A DNA stretch of 33,872 nt. It comes from a bacterium. Its GTDB lineage: Bacteria; Babelota; Babeliae; Babelales; Vermiphilaceae. Shown piece by piece: positions 26,400 through 33,872 of the stretch (position 1 is the stretch's first letter; each line of letters opens with the position of its first letter). Made by a program: the position numbers and the translations under genes. The stretch is from NCBI GenBank assembly GCA_030672115.1, contig DAOVGZ010000001.1, positions 1 to 33,872 on the forward strand. The letters are read 5' to 3'. Under the pieces are notes generated by a model that was not told the origin of the DNA, searched no databases, and worked only from the letters and a program-made list of their open reading frames with translations.

Positions 26400-26495
26400 T
26401 TTGAAATCTTTTGGTTCAAAGCTAGATATCACAAGATATCTTACTTTACAGCAATACAATCATCACTGACTGTAGCTTAACCAATAGATTTCAAA
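26400..26495. repeat. ~96-nt imperfect inverted-repeat / long-hairpin element of unknown function
   Basis: The left arm tttgaaatcttttggttcaaagcta (26400-26424) is complementary to the right arm tagcttaaccaatagatttcaaa (26473-26495), with 1 mismatch and a small bulge. There is an inner hairpin agatatc-acaa-gatatct (26424-26441). Confidence 0.5.
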
Positions 26496-26514
26496 TTTTT
26501 TATTAATGTAGAAA

Positions 26515-26754
26515 TTATTCTGTTTGCCCTTCTACATTGCCTTCTAAATCTTTAATTACTTGTTGTTCAGCTTCTTCCAGTTTTTTAAGTTCTTCTTCTG
26601 TTAATTTAGCTTCATCTACTGTTGGTCGAGTGTATTCCATTGTTGCTGGTGCTTCTTTAACTTTTTTAGTGAAAAATTTAGCAACAAGACCGACTGAAGA
26701 AACAATAACAAATAAAGCAAAAAGCCCTATAAATAAACTATTTTTTTTATTCAT
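26515..26754 (-). CDS. small membrane-anchored protein with acidic helical tail
   Basis: 79-aa ORF with a strong SD (AAAGGAG) 7 nt upstream. It has an N-terminal TM helix (LFIGLFALFVIVSSVGLVA) and an E/K-rich C-terminus. Confidence 0.7.
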   Translation of the reverse strand: MNKKNSLFIGLFALFVIVSSVGLVAKFFTKKVKEAPATMEYTRPTVDEAKLTEEELKKLEEAEQQVIKDLEGNVEGQTE

Positions 26755-26907
26755 GCTTTTTCTCCTTTTTAATTTTTATATTCTTTTGTATAGCTCCCTA
26801 GCCCTACATACACAAGATTAGTCTTTTTTTGTTTCTAATTGCAATATTTTATCTATATTTGTTTTACATTAGGCTTCTGGAGCTGCAATTAAAAGTTCAG
26901 AAGGTTG

Positions 26908-27960
26908 TTATTTTCTTGCTAAAAAATATTTTTTTGCGGTTTGAATGATCGTTTTTAGGTCGGAATACTCTGGTTTCCAGTCTAAAATGGAAAAAGCTTT
27001 TGATGGATCAGCTACTAAAATTGCTGGATCGCCAGCTCTTTTTGGGCTTAAAATTTTTTTTATGCTGCAATTGCAGGCCTTTTCAACCTCTTTTACCATT
27101 TGTATAACAGAAATACCTTGTCCTGTTCCAAGGTTAAAGCAATCTGAAGGGTTATTATTATTAAGATGTTCAAGAGCTTTGTGGTGTGCATTTGCAAGGT
27201 CCCAGACATGTAAATAGTCTCTGATACAACTTCCATCTTTTGTTTCATAATCATCACCAAAGATATAAAATCGTTTTTTTTCGTAAGCGGCATGTAAAAT
27301 AAGTGGGATAAGGTGAGTTTCTGGGTGGTGTTGCTCTCCAAGGTTATAGTCTGGCATTGCACCAGCAGCATTAAAGTAGCGAAGTGCAACAAATTCAAGT
27401 CCATATGCCTGTTGAAAATCGTTGAGTGCCATTTCTATGATGAGTTTATTGTTTCCATAGGGGTTGATTGGGTTTTTGGGATGATTTTCAACAAGAGGAA
27501 GGTATTGTGGATTGCCGTATACAGCGCAACTAGAAGAAAAAATAATTTTTTTAATATTGTGTTCAGTCATGGTCTCAAGAAGTTGTAATGTTTTTATCAC
27601 ATTGTTGTTATAAAATGATTTTGGATTTCTTACAGATTCGCCAACTTCAATAAGTGCAGCAAAATGCAAAACAGCATGAATATTATTATTTTTAAAAATA
27701 TCGGCAAGTATTTTTTGATCAGAAAAATCATGGTTTAAAACAATAATAGAATTGTCCGGCTCTAGGCTGTTTTTAAAATAACGCTTTCCTGCTTTAAATT
27801 TTTTAACAACAAATGGAGTTGGTAATTTTTGATTGTGACAAAAAGTATCAATAGCAAGAATGTTATATCCTTGTAGGTGTAAAAAAAGGGCGGTATGGGA
27901 CCCAATATAGCCAGCACCACCGGTAATAAGTACAGTTGGTTTTTTGTTTATTTGTAACAT
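26908..27960 (-). CDS. galE: UDP-glucose 4-epimerase
   Basis: 350-aa ORF with the Rossmann motif ITGGAGYIGSH, the SDR catalytic motif YGNNK (YxxxK), and the C-terminal GalE block RAGDPAILVADPSKA...WKPEY. Confidence 0.9.
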   Translation of the reverse strand: MLQINKKPTVLITGGAGYIGSHTALFLHLQGYNILAIDTFCHNQKLPTPFVVKKFKAGKRYFKNSLEPDNSIIVLNHDFSDQKILADIFKNNNIHAVLHFAALIEVGESVRNPKSFYNNNVIKTLQLLETMTEHNIKKIIFSSSCAVYGNPQYLPLVENHPKNPINPYGNNKLIIEMALNDFQQAYGLEFVALRYFNAAGAMPDYNLGEQHHPETHLIPLILHAAYEKKRFYIFGDDYETKDGSCIRDYLHVWDLANAHHKALEHLNNNNPSDCFNLGTGQGISVIQMVKEVEKACNCSIKKILSPKRAGDPAILVADPSKAFSILDWKPEYSDLKTIIQTAKKYFLARK

Positions 27961-28125
27961 TAAAGGTTCCTTTTTTTGCAGAAAAAATTTTTCATCACAT
28001 GCTACCGTATAAAAAAAATAATTCCTACTAACTAACCTCTTGCATTTTTTTTTATGATTTTTATAAAGTCTTTACAGTTGTAAATATATTTTTTGAAAAA
28101 AAATAATTATAAAAAAGGAGTTTTG

Positions 28126-29826
28126 ATGAAATATTTTAAATATATCTGTGCTTGCATAGGTATCTTAACGGCACATTCTTTTTTTGCTTTTACGAATGGA
28201 AAATCAGCATTTGTTCAACGCGGACAAGAAACAGATCTTGTAAGAAGGTTTGAAAATAATAGTATGCAAAAGGTTGATGAGTATAGTTGTTATACTTTTC
28301 GGTTAATTCCAGAATATATGCGTTCGTTTCGTTCATGTAGAATAGCAAAACATTTTTTTGGATCAAATACTCTTGGTTTTTCTGGCAGTAGAGTAGAAAA
28401 TAGATGCTCAAAAAATATTTTGGCAGATTATTTTGGATTACCTTCAGATTTTATAAGTAGAGTTTATTTTAAGCCTAAGATACAAGACTTTGTGCTTGAT
28501 GGTGGTATTCGTTTGAATATGGATTTTATTACCCAAGGCTTATATGTACAGTTTTGGACGCCGCTTGTGCACACTCGTTGGGATATGTGCATGAGTGAAA
28601 ATGTTTCAGTTCCTGGTAGTAACTTTCACCCTGCTGGCTATTTATCCGGTGACAATATACGACTAGAAAGAAATCAGTTACCCAAAGATGTAAAATCAGT
28701 ATTTGCAGGTGGAACAACTTTTGGTGATATGCAAGATCCATTACGGTACGGAAAAATTGGATGCAAACAAAAAAGAACCGCCATTGCAAATGTAAAAGCA
28801 CAGTTCGGTTGGGACTTTACAAAAAAAGATGATTACCAGTTTGGTGGTTATGCCGTTGTTGTTGCGCCTACAGGCAATAAAAGAACAGCCCAATATTTAT
28901 TCGAGCCAATTATTGGTAACGATAATCATTGGGAATTAGGAATTGGTTTAAATGGTCGTTGGGATTGTTGGAAAAATAAAGAAGAAACAAAAAGTGTAAG
29001 TTTATTTGGGGAAGCTCAAGTATCACATATGTTTGCTAGTTGGCAAAAAAGATCATACGACTTTAAAACAAATGGTCGTGGCAGCAGATACATGCTTATT
29101 ACAAAATTAGATGCTTTGCGTGATAACATTTTGGAAGTACCTGCAGGAACCGTTCCTGAATTGCAATACACTGGTCATTTATTCCATGCGATTAATAAAA
29201 CAACCTTAGATAGTAAAATAAAAGTTGGTGTGCAAGCAGATATTATGCTTGGTCTTACGTATGCAACTGACGCGTGGTCATTTGATTTTGGTTATAATTT
29301 CTGGGCGCGTAGTGCAGAAAAACTTTCTTGTCGTCAAAAATTTCAAGATGGTATGTTTGCAGCAAAAGGAGATGCACAATTGTATGGATATTTTGCATCT
29401 GGAGGAAAGCAAGTTGGTGTTGCGCTTAATGGAACTAATAGTAACGCTACAGTGCGTGCCGGGAATGGAAATACTGATTTTACCAATAGCAATGTTGATA
29501 ACGCTGTTATTGCACGAGAAACTGCTACTCCAAGTAACTTAACCGCTCCAACAGCACTAGATGCTATTGATCTTTCTGGTATTTCTCCGCAACCTGTTAA
29601 CGGCTCATCTGAGCCGGTTTTACTTTCTGATAGTGATATTGATTTTTGTTCAGCATTACAATCTCGCGCAATATCAAACAGTTTTTTTATTCGTTCATTT
29701 TATGATTGGAAAGAGAAAGAAGAATGGACTCCACATGTTGGTTTTGGTTTAAAAGTTGAATTTGGGAATAAATGTTCTGCTATATCTCAATTTGGTGTGT
29801 GGCTAGAGCTTGGTTGTTCTTGTTAA
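28126..29826 (+). CDS. putative cysteine-rich outer-membrane beta-barrel protein
   Basis: The track ORF starts at TTG 28093. The ATG at 28126 follows AAGGAG by 5 nt and opens the signal peptide MKYFKYICACIGILTAHSFFA. It has alternating hydrophobic/aromatic strands (WSFDFGYNFWA, KVGVQADIMLGLTYA, HVGFGLKVEFG) and more than 10 Cys. The family is not identified. Confidence 0.55.
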   Translation: MKYFKYICACIGILTAHSFFAFTNGKSAFVQRGQETDLVRRFENNSMQKVDEYSCYTFRLIPEYMRSFRSCRIAKHFFGSNTLGFSGSRVENRCSKNILADYFGLPSDFISRVYFKPKIQDFVLDGGIRLNMDFITQGLYVQFWTPLVHTRWDMCMSENVSVPGSNFHPAGYLSGDNIRLERNQLPKDVKSVFAGGTTFGDMQDPLRYGKIGCKQKRTAIANVKAQFGWDFTKKDDYQFGGYAVVVAPTGNKRTAQYLFEPIIGNDNHWELGIGLNGRWDCWKNKEETKSVSLFGEAQVSHMFASWQKRSYDFKTNGRGSRYMLITKLDALRDNILEVPAGTVPELQYTGHLFHAINKTTLDSKIKVGVQADIMLGLTYATDAWSFDFGYNFWARSAEKLSCRQKFQDGMFAAKGDAQLYGYFASGGKQVGVALNGTNSNATVRAGNGNTDFTNSNVDNAVIARETATPSNLTAPTALDAIDLSGISPQPVNGSSEPVLLSDSDIDFCSALQSRAISNSFFIRSFYDWKEKEEWTPHVGFGLKVEFGNKCSAISQFGVWLELGCSC

Positions 29827-29847
29827 AAATTATAAAAAGGAATTTTT

Positions 29848-32800
29848 GTGAAAAAACTTTTATGGTTACTCAGTTTTGTATGTTTTTGGACAAATATACA
29901 GGCACAAGATTTTACGTTTACTAAGAAGAATGTATGTACTATGGAAGTACCAGCTTTTGAGGCTCAACTTATTTATTTAAAAAGAAATAATTTTTCTGTT
30001 TTTTATGAAAGTCCTAAAACAAAAGAGTGTGCACAAAAATTATTAAAAGATTTTGTACAACAGTTTGGAAGGGGTGCCTTTAAGCGAGCAGGTTGGACTG
30101 CATCAGAATTAGGGTTAACGTTGCCGCCAGAAGATATTACAGCCAGTGAGTTTGCAAAGAAACTTGGTTATAAAAGTTCTGATGCCTTAGAAGCGGTTGT
30201 AAAAAAAATAAAATCAAATGTTGATGTAAGTGGATCTGGTAAGTTGGCGCAACTTTTAAAAGATTTGGGTATTGCGCAAGACGATCTTGAAAAGATGATT
30301 GATATCTACAAAGAACTTGGGCAAGACAGTGATGGTTTTATTGATATTATTACAAGATTTAGAGAAGGAAAATTAACAGAGAATCCTGAAGATTTTGTTC
30401 TTGGAGAAGAAGAAGAAGACGATGATGAAGATGATGATGGGGATGTTCCACCACCTCCTGGTGATGATGATGATGATATTCCGCCGCCTCCTGGTTTTGA
30501 TGAGCCAGTAAAAAAGAAGGTAAAAAGAGAAGACCAGGAAGATTGGGGAAAAATATTTGAAATTATAGTAGAAGTAAAAAAAGCAGTAAAAAAAATCATT
30601 GTGCAACAAAGAAAAACAGCAGAAGAAGTAAAAAATGATAAAAATGCGCAAAAAGCATCTGATGAATTTTTAATTGATCAACTAATGCATTATGGGACGA
30701 TTGTTGAGCCAGGAAAAGGCATTTACCCGTATTTTTTAAGATTAAAACAGGATTTTGATGATGCACTTAAAAATAATAATAATTTTGTTCATTTAGATGA
30801 ATATAAAAAATTATTTGATGGGCAAAAAGATTCAATTTTTTATAAATTTCTTGAAGAAAATATAACATTAGAAAAGATGGAAGAATTACATAAAGGCCTA
30901 AGCAAAGATGGTGGAGGAGATCTTTTAAATAAAAAGTTTATTCCAATGTTTGAAAAACTTTTTTTTGATAAAAATATTTTGCAGAAGAAAAAAGAATATT
31001 TTATAACGTTACTTGTTAATTTTATTGTAAGTATTAGAAAAACAAAATCTGGCGATAGAATTAATTCAGATGTTGTTGCTTTTAATGCAATTGAATTAGC
31101 TTTAAAGCAAAAAAATGAAAAGGTAATGGAAGATCTTGCAAAAAGAATTGATATTCTAAGAGCTAATCCTAAATTTTTAAAATATGATGGCCTTATTGGG
31201 CAAGAAGCTATGAACAAAATGAATATGCAAAAGAGTAAGATGGATCAATCATATTTTATTCCATTACTTTTAAGTTTAAGACTTTATGAAGGTGCTTCAA
31301 TTCAACCAAAAGCACAAGAATTTAAAAGTTTTGGTACTTTTATTCAAAAGCTAAATAAACAGCTTTTTTTTGATCCGGAAGAGTTAACTTTTAGTTTGAA
31401 ATTAGATGAATCTTTAAACAAGAAGTTAAAAAAGGTTGTAAATATTAAAAAGGAAAGTTTAGTTGGAGTATTTGATCTTTTTACTGTTGTTACAAAAAAA
31501 ATTAAAAATATAAAAAATAAAATAGAGTTAATAATATTTTTAGGAGCGTTGCCAGAAAAAAAGATTGATACTGATACTCGTGATTCTTTAGTAGAAGAAT
31601 TAAAAAAAGATAAAAAAAATATTAAGATTGATTTTTTAGTGTCAAAAATGAACGCTTTTGTGGGCAAAGAAATTAAAATTAAAGATCTTTTGCTAAGACT
31701 TATAGAAAAAGAAGAGACATTATCAGAAAAAATAGATGGTGTTTTGGCTTCAGTAAAAACAAATAAAAATATTGATTTATATAGTGAATTAAAAAAAATA
31801 CCTGAAATTAAGGAAATGGTAGAATTAATTTTTAGATATCCTTATAGAAATCCATTTACAGTAAGGGACTTTTTAAAAAGAAATGATGTTCTTGGAGCTA
31901 ATAATGTTGCAAAATATGGAGACTCATTTTTTGTAAGAAAAATAAAGCCTTATGGCCTTTTGATAAAAGTATTGATTGATATTTTAAAGCTTACTGATAG
32001 AAAGAAATATCCTAATAAATATATTATCGTAAAAGAAGTTTTGAAGGGATTGAGTTCTGTAGGTCTTCCGAATGTTTTGTATGATTTATTTACTACAGCA
32101 GAGATTGATCTTATTGGTTTAAGTGAGAGTTTGAAAACTCTTTATTTTCAAAATGATTTGTTTAAAGAATTTCAAAGAGATTTTGATAATAAAACAGTTG
32201 AAAATACAATTAAATCATTTAATAATTTTATAGCAGATGCAAATATGGATGTAGAAAAAACTCCAATGTATCATTTTGCTTTGATTGTATTGCGTAACTT
32301 ATTTCAAGATGCTTTATTAATGGAAGTTTTTGAAGAAATACAAGAGTTAAATAAGGGTGAAAATAAAATAGGCATTAAAAATAAGGTTATTATCGCTGGA
32401 TTGGAAATACCAGAACAAGATAAAACTTCAAGAAAAAAAAGAATTTTATACAAAAGGATTTTTGCCGCGATTAAGGGAAAATTCAGTCTAGTTATAAAGA
32501 TTCTTAACAAAGATATAATTGAATTTTCGAAAGTAAATATTGAAGAAATAGAAAAATCTTTTGAGACGGCAAAAAAAACCATTATAGAAAAAATAAAGGC
32601 AATTGAAGCTCTGCAAAAAAATACTCAAGAGCAAGATAAGTTTGTCAAAGTTATTAAAGATTTTTTTGATAAATCGATGAAAAAGGTTATATCTGTTCAT
32701 CAAAATGTTATTAATTATATAAAAGAACAAAAAGAGTTTACCGAGGTTTATAATGAGATTATTCATCTAAACCATGGTTTTGGAGTTTTGAGTGAAACGC

Positions 32801-33228
32801 TTGGTTTTGCAAGGAATTCATATATTATCAAAACATTGAAACCTGAAGGAAAAAAAGAAGCTAAAAAAGCAGAACAGGCTTTGAGTAATCAAGCGTATAA
32901 AAAACTTACAGGTTTACTTTCTAGCTTTATAATATTTCTTGGAACTAAAGTTGATTCATTTCCGGCAAAAACAAAAATAGAAGAAAATATAGAAAAGATA
33001 AAAGAAACTATAGAAAAAAATATAAACACAATAAAAATAGAAGATGTTTTACCAACACATCTCGTTCAAGATACTGTGGCGAAAGAAAAGTTTAAACATA
33101 ATGTGAGGCGTAGAGTTGTTCTTGTTCATCGGTATTTAGATGGCCTAGTTGAAAAAATAGAAAAAATAAGAGTTAAAAAAGCAAAACCATCAAGACCAAC
33201 TAAAAAAGCAAAAATTGTAAATCCATAA
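29848..33228 (+). CDS. large secreted K/E/I-rich helical protein with acidic polyproline motif
   Basis: 1126-aa ORF with a GTG start and AAGGA 6 nt upstream, beginning 21 nt after the OMP gene. It has the signal peptide MKKLLWLLSFVCFWTNIQA and the motif GEEEEDDDEDDDGDVPPPPGDDDDDIPPPPGFDEP (30403-30507). No family recognised. Confidence 0.7.
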   Translation: MKKLLWLLSFVCFWTNIQAQDFTFTKKNVCTMEVPAFEAQLIYLKRNNFSVFYESPKTKECAQKLLKDFVQQFGRGAFKRAGWTASELGLTLPPEDITASEFAKKLGYKSSDALEAVVKKIKSNVDVSGSGKLAQLLKDLGIAQDDLEKMIDIYKELGQDSDGFIDIITRFREGKLTENPEDFVLGEEEEDDDEDDDGDVPPPPGDDDDDIPPPPGFDEPVKKKVKREDQEDWGKIFEIIVEVKKAVKKIIVQQRKTAEEVKNDKNAQKASDEFLIDQLMHYGTIVEPGKGIYPYFLRLKQDFDDALKNNNNFVHLDEYKKLFDGQKDSIFYKFLEENITLEKMEELHKGLSKDGGGDLLNKKFIPMFEKLFFDKNILQKKKEYFITLLVNFIVSIRKTKSGDRINSDVVAFNAIELALKQKNEKVMEDLAKRIDILRANPKFLKYDGLIGQEAMNKMNMQKSKMDQSYFIPLLLSLRLYEGASIQPKAQEFKSFGTFIQKLNKQLFFDPEELTFSLKLDESLNKKLKKVVNIKKESLVGVFDLFTVVTKKIKNIKNKIELIIFLGALPEKKIDTDTRDSLVEELKKDKKNIKIDFLVSKMNAFVGKEIKIKDLLLRLIEKEETLSEKIDGVLASVKTNKNIDLYSELKKIPEIKEMVELIFRYPYRNPFTVRDFLKRNDVLGANNVAKYGDSFFVRKIKPYGLLIKVLIDILKLTDRKKYPNKYIIVKEVLKGLSSVGLPNVLYDLFTTAEIDLIGLSESLKTLYFQNDLFKEFQRDFDNKTVENTIKSFNNFIADANMDVEKTPMYHFALIVLRNLFQDALLMEVFEEIQELNKGENKIGIKNKVIIAGLEIPEQDKTSRKKRILYKRIFAAIKGKFSLVIKILNKDIIEFSKVNIEEIEKSFETAKKTIIEKIKAIEALQKNTQEQDKFVKVIKDFFDKSMKKVISVHQNVINYIKEQKEFTEVYNEIIHLNHGFGVLSETLGFARNSYIIKTLKPEGKKEAKKAEQALSNQAYKKLTGLLSSFIIFLGTKVDSFPAKTKIEENIEKIKETIEKNINTIKIEDVLPTHLVQDTVAKEKFKHNVRRRVVLVHRYLDGLVEKIEKIRVKKAKPSRPTKKAKIVNP

Positions 33229-33261
33229 AAAAATTTAATAACAATTGTTATTAACAAAAAA

Positions 33262-33299
33262 AGAGCCGCGAGGGAAATATTTCCTCGTGGCTCTTTTTT
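33262..33299. terminator. bidirectional rho-independent terminator
   Basis: AGAGCCGCGAGGGAAA ... TTTCCTCGTGGCTCT stem with A-run and T-run flanks, between convergent genes (stops at 33228 and 33315). Confidence 0.7.
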
Positions 33300-33314
33300 G
33301 GTGTATGCAGATTT

Positions 33315-33872
33315 TTATTGAATAAATTCAAACGATAGGAGCAATTCTGCCGCAATATCAATAGCTTCCTGTTTAAGTGCTTCTTTTTGGTTTTTTAATT
33401 TCTTATCAGAAACAGATTCAAAAGAATCAGCTATATCATCAAAAAGGTTTTGTATTTGTTCTTCATTAGTGGCGTTTATGAGTTTTTCAATGCTTTCTTT
33501 AGCTTCTGTGAGTTTTTTTGGTTGATCCTTTTCTGGAACGATTTCTGCTAAAACATCTTCTTTAGCTTCATCAAACATTGTTACCGCTTTATCAAGATAC
33601 GGTTTGAGTTTTCTTTTTTCTTCTTTCCTTTGGTCTCTTGTTTTTTCCTCTTTTTCTTTTTTTTCTTGTTTTTTAATATCTTCAGAACTTAAAGGAAAGA
33701 CAGGAGTCAAAGTTTGAAATAAAAATTCTTTTTCTTCAATTGTTGGATAATTTACTTCTTCTTCTTTTTCTTCTGGAATATATATTCCTTCAAGTGAAGG
33801 AAAATCAGATAGAGGTGAAAATTCTTCTTCTTCTTCTTCTTCTTCTTCAATTGGTGGAACATTTTCTTCCTC
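33315..33872 (-). CDS. acidic Glu/Lys-rich hypothetical protein, 3' part (gene continues past window end)
   Basis: The track ORF (33315-33710) begins at an internal TTG. By hand translation the frame stays open for all 54 upstream codons to position 33872 (EEENVPPIEEEEEEEEEFSPLSDFPSLEGIYIPEEKEEEVNYPTIEEKEFLFQT...). The true start is therefore outside the window. Confidence 0.6.
   Translation of the reverse strand, partial: EEENVPPIEEEEEEEEEFSPLSDFPSLEGIYIPEEKEEEVNYPTIEEKEFLFQTLTPVFPLSSEDIKKQEKKEKEEKTRDQRKEEKRKLKPYLDKAVTMFDEAKEDVLAEIVPEKDQPKKLTEAKESIEKLINATNEEQIQNLFDDIADSFESVSDKKLKNQKEALKQEAIDIAAELLLSFEFIQ

Noticed and set aside
26410-26425. GGTTCAAAGC resembling a tRNA T-loop
   Set aside because: No acceptor, D or anticodon arms can be drawn around it on either strand. 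It is part of the long inverted repeat instead.
30403-30560. Possible WH2/actin-binding motif next to the polyproline units (VKKKVKRE)
   Set aside because: The amphipathic helix plus LKKV/T consensus of WH2 domains is not present. Only the polyproline observation is retained.
30306-30651. Minus-strand ORFs with poly-Ser, poly-Gly and RRRR runs
   Set aside because: They are antisense readings of the GAA/GAT/CCN low-complexity stretch of the 1126-aa gene and are not independent genes.
1-33872. CRISPR arrays, rRNA/tRNA genes, prophage structural genes
   Set aside because: I found no regularly spaced direct repeats and no conserved rRNA or tRNA sequence blocks in any intergenic region. All intergenic gaps are under ~360 nt.

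Overview
This is an AT-rich (roughly one-third G+C by eye), gene-dense bacterial chromosomal segment read with the standard code. It looks like a reduced, host-associated genome. A Dependentiae/TM6-like or similar intracellular lineage is my guess only and is not provable from the sequence. The backbone is housekeeping: valS, a TPR/GT-C membrane protein, a degenerate M50 protease homolog, tyrS, a deoxynucleoside kinase, alr, rlmB, a glucokinase-like gene, ftsQ-ftsA-ftsZ-pgeF, secA and galE. Many small lineage-specific proteins with signal peptides sit between these genes. The stand-out feature is a ~3.2-kb insertion right after pgeF (about 18.84-22.03 kb). It encodes an 821-aa Sec-signal protein whose last ~130 residues match the bacterial EndoU RNase toxin pattern, followed 19 nt later by a 138-aa candidate immunity gene. 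The cassette is bracketed by an imperfect direct repeat made of the pgeF 3' end plus its terminator, and the right-hand copy is a start-less remnant. This looks like a polymorphic-toxin/immunity module that integrated into the 3' end of a housekeeping gene, with no recognisable integrase and no T5/T6/T7 trafficking domain. Secondary oddities are:
- a tandem paralog pair, one copy with a frameshift in its signal peptide;
- an M50 homolog lacking HExxH;
- a glucokinase homolog with a hydrophobic N-terminal extension and altered sugar-binding motifs;
- an archaeal-type ValRS;
- a cysteine-rich outer-membrane barrel followed by a 1126-aa secreted protein with an acidic polyproline motif;
- a ~100-nt long-stem element in a 3' UTR.
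I saw no rRNA, tRNA, CRISPR array, transposase or integrase.
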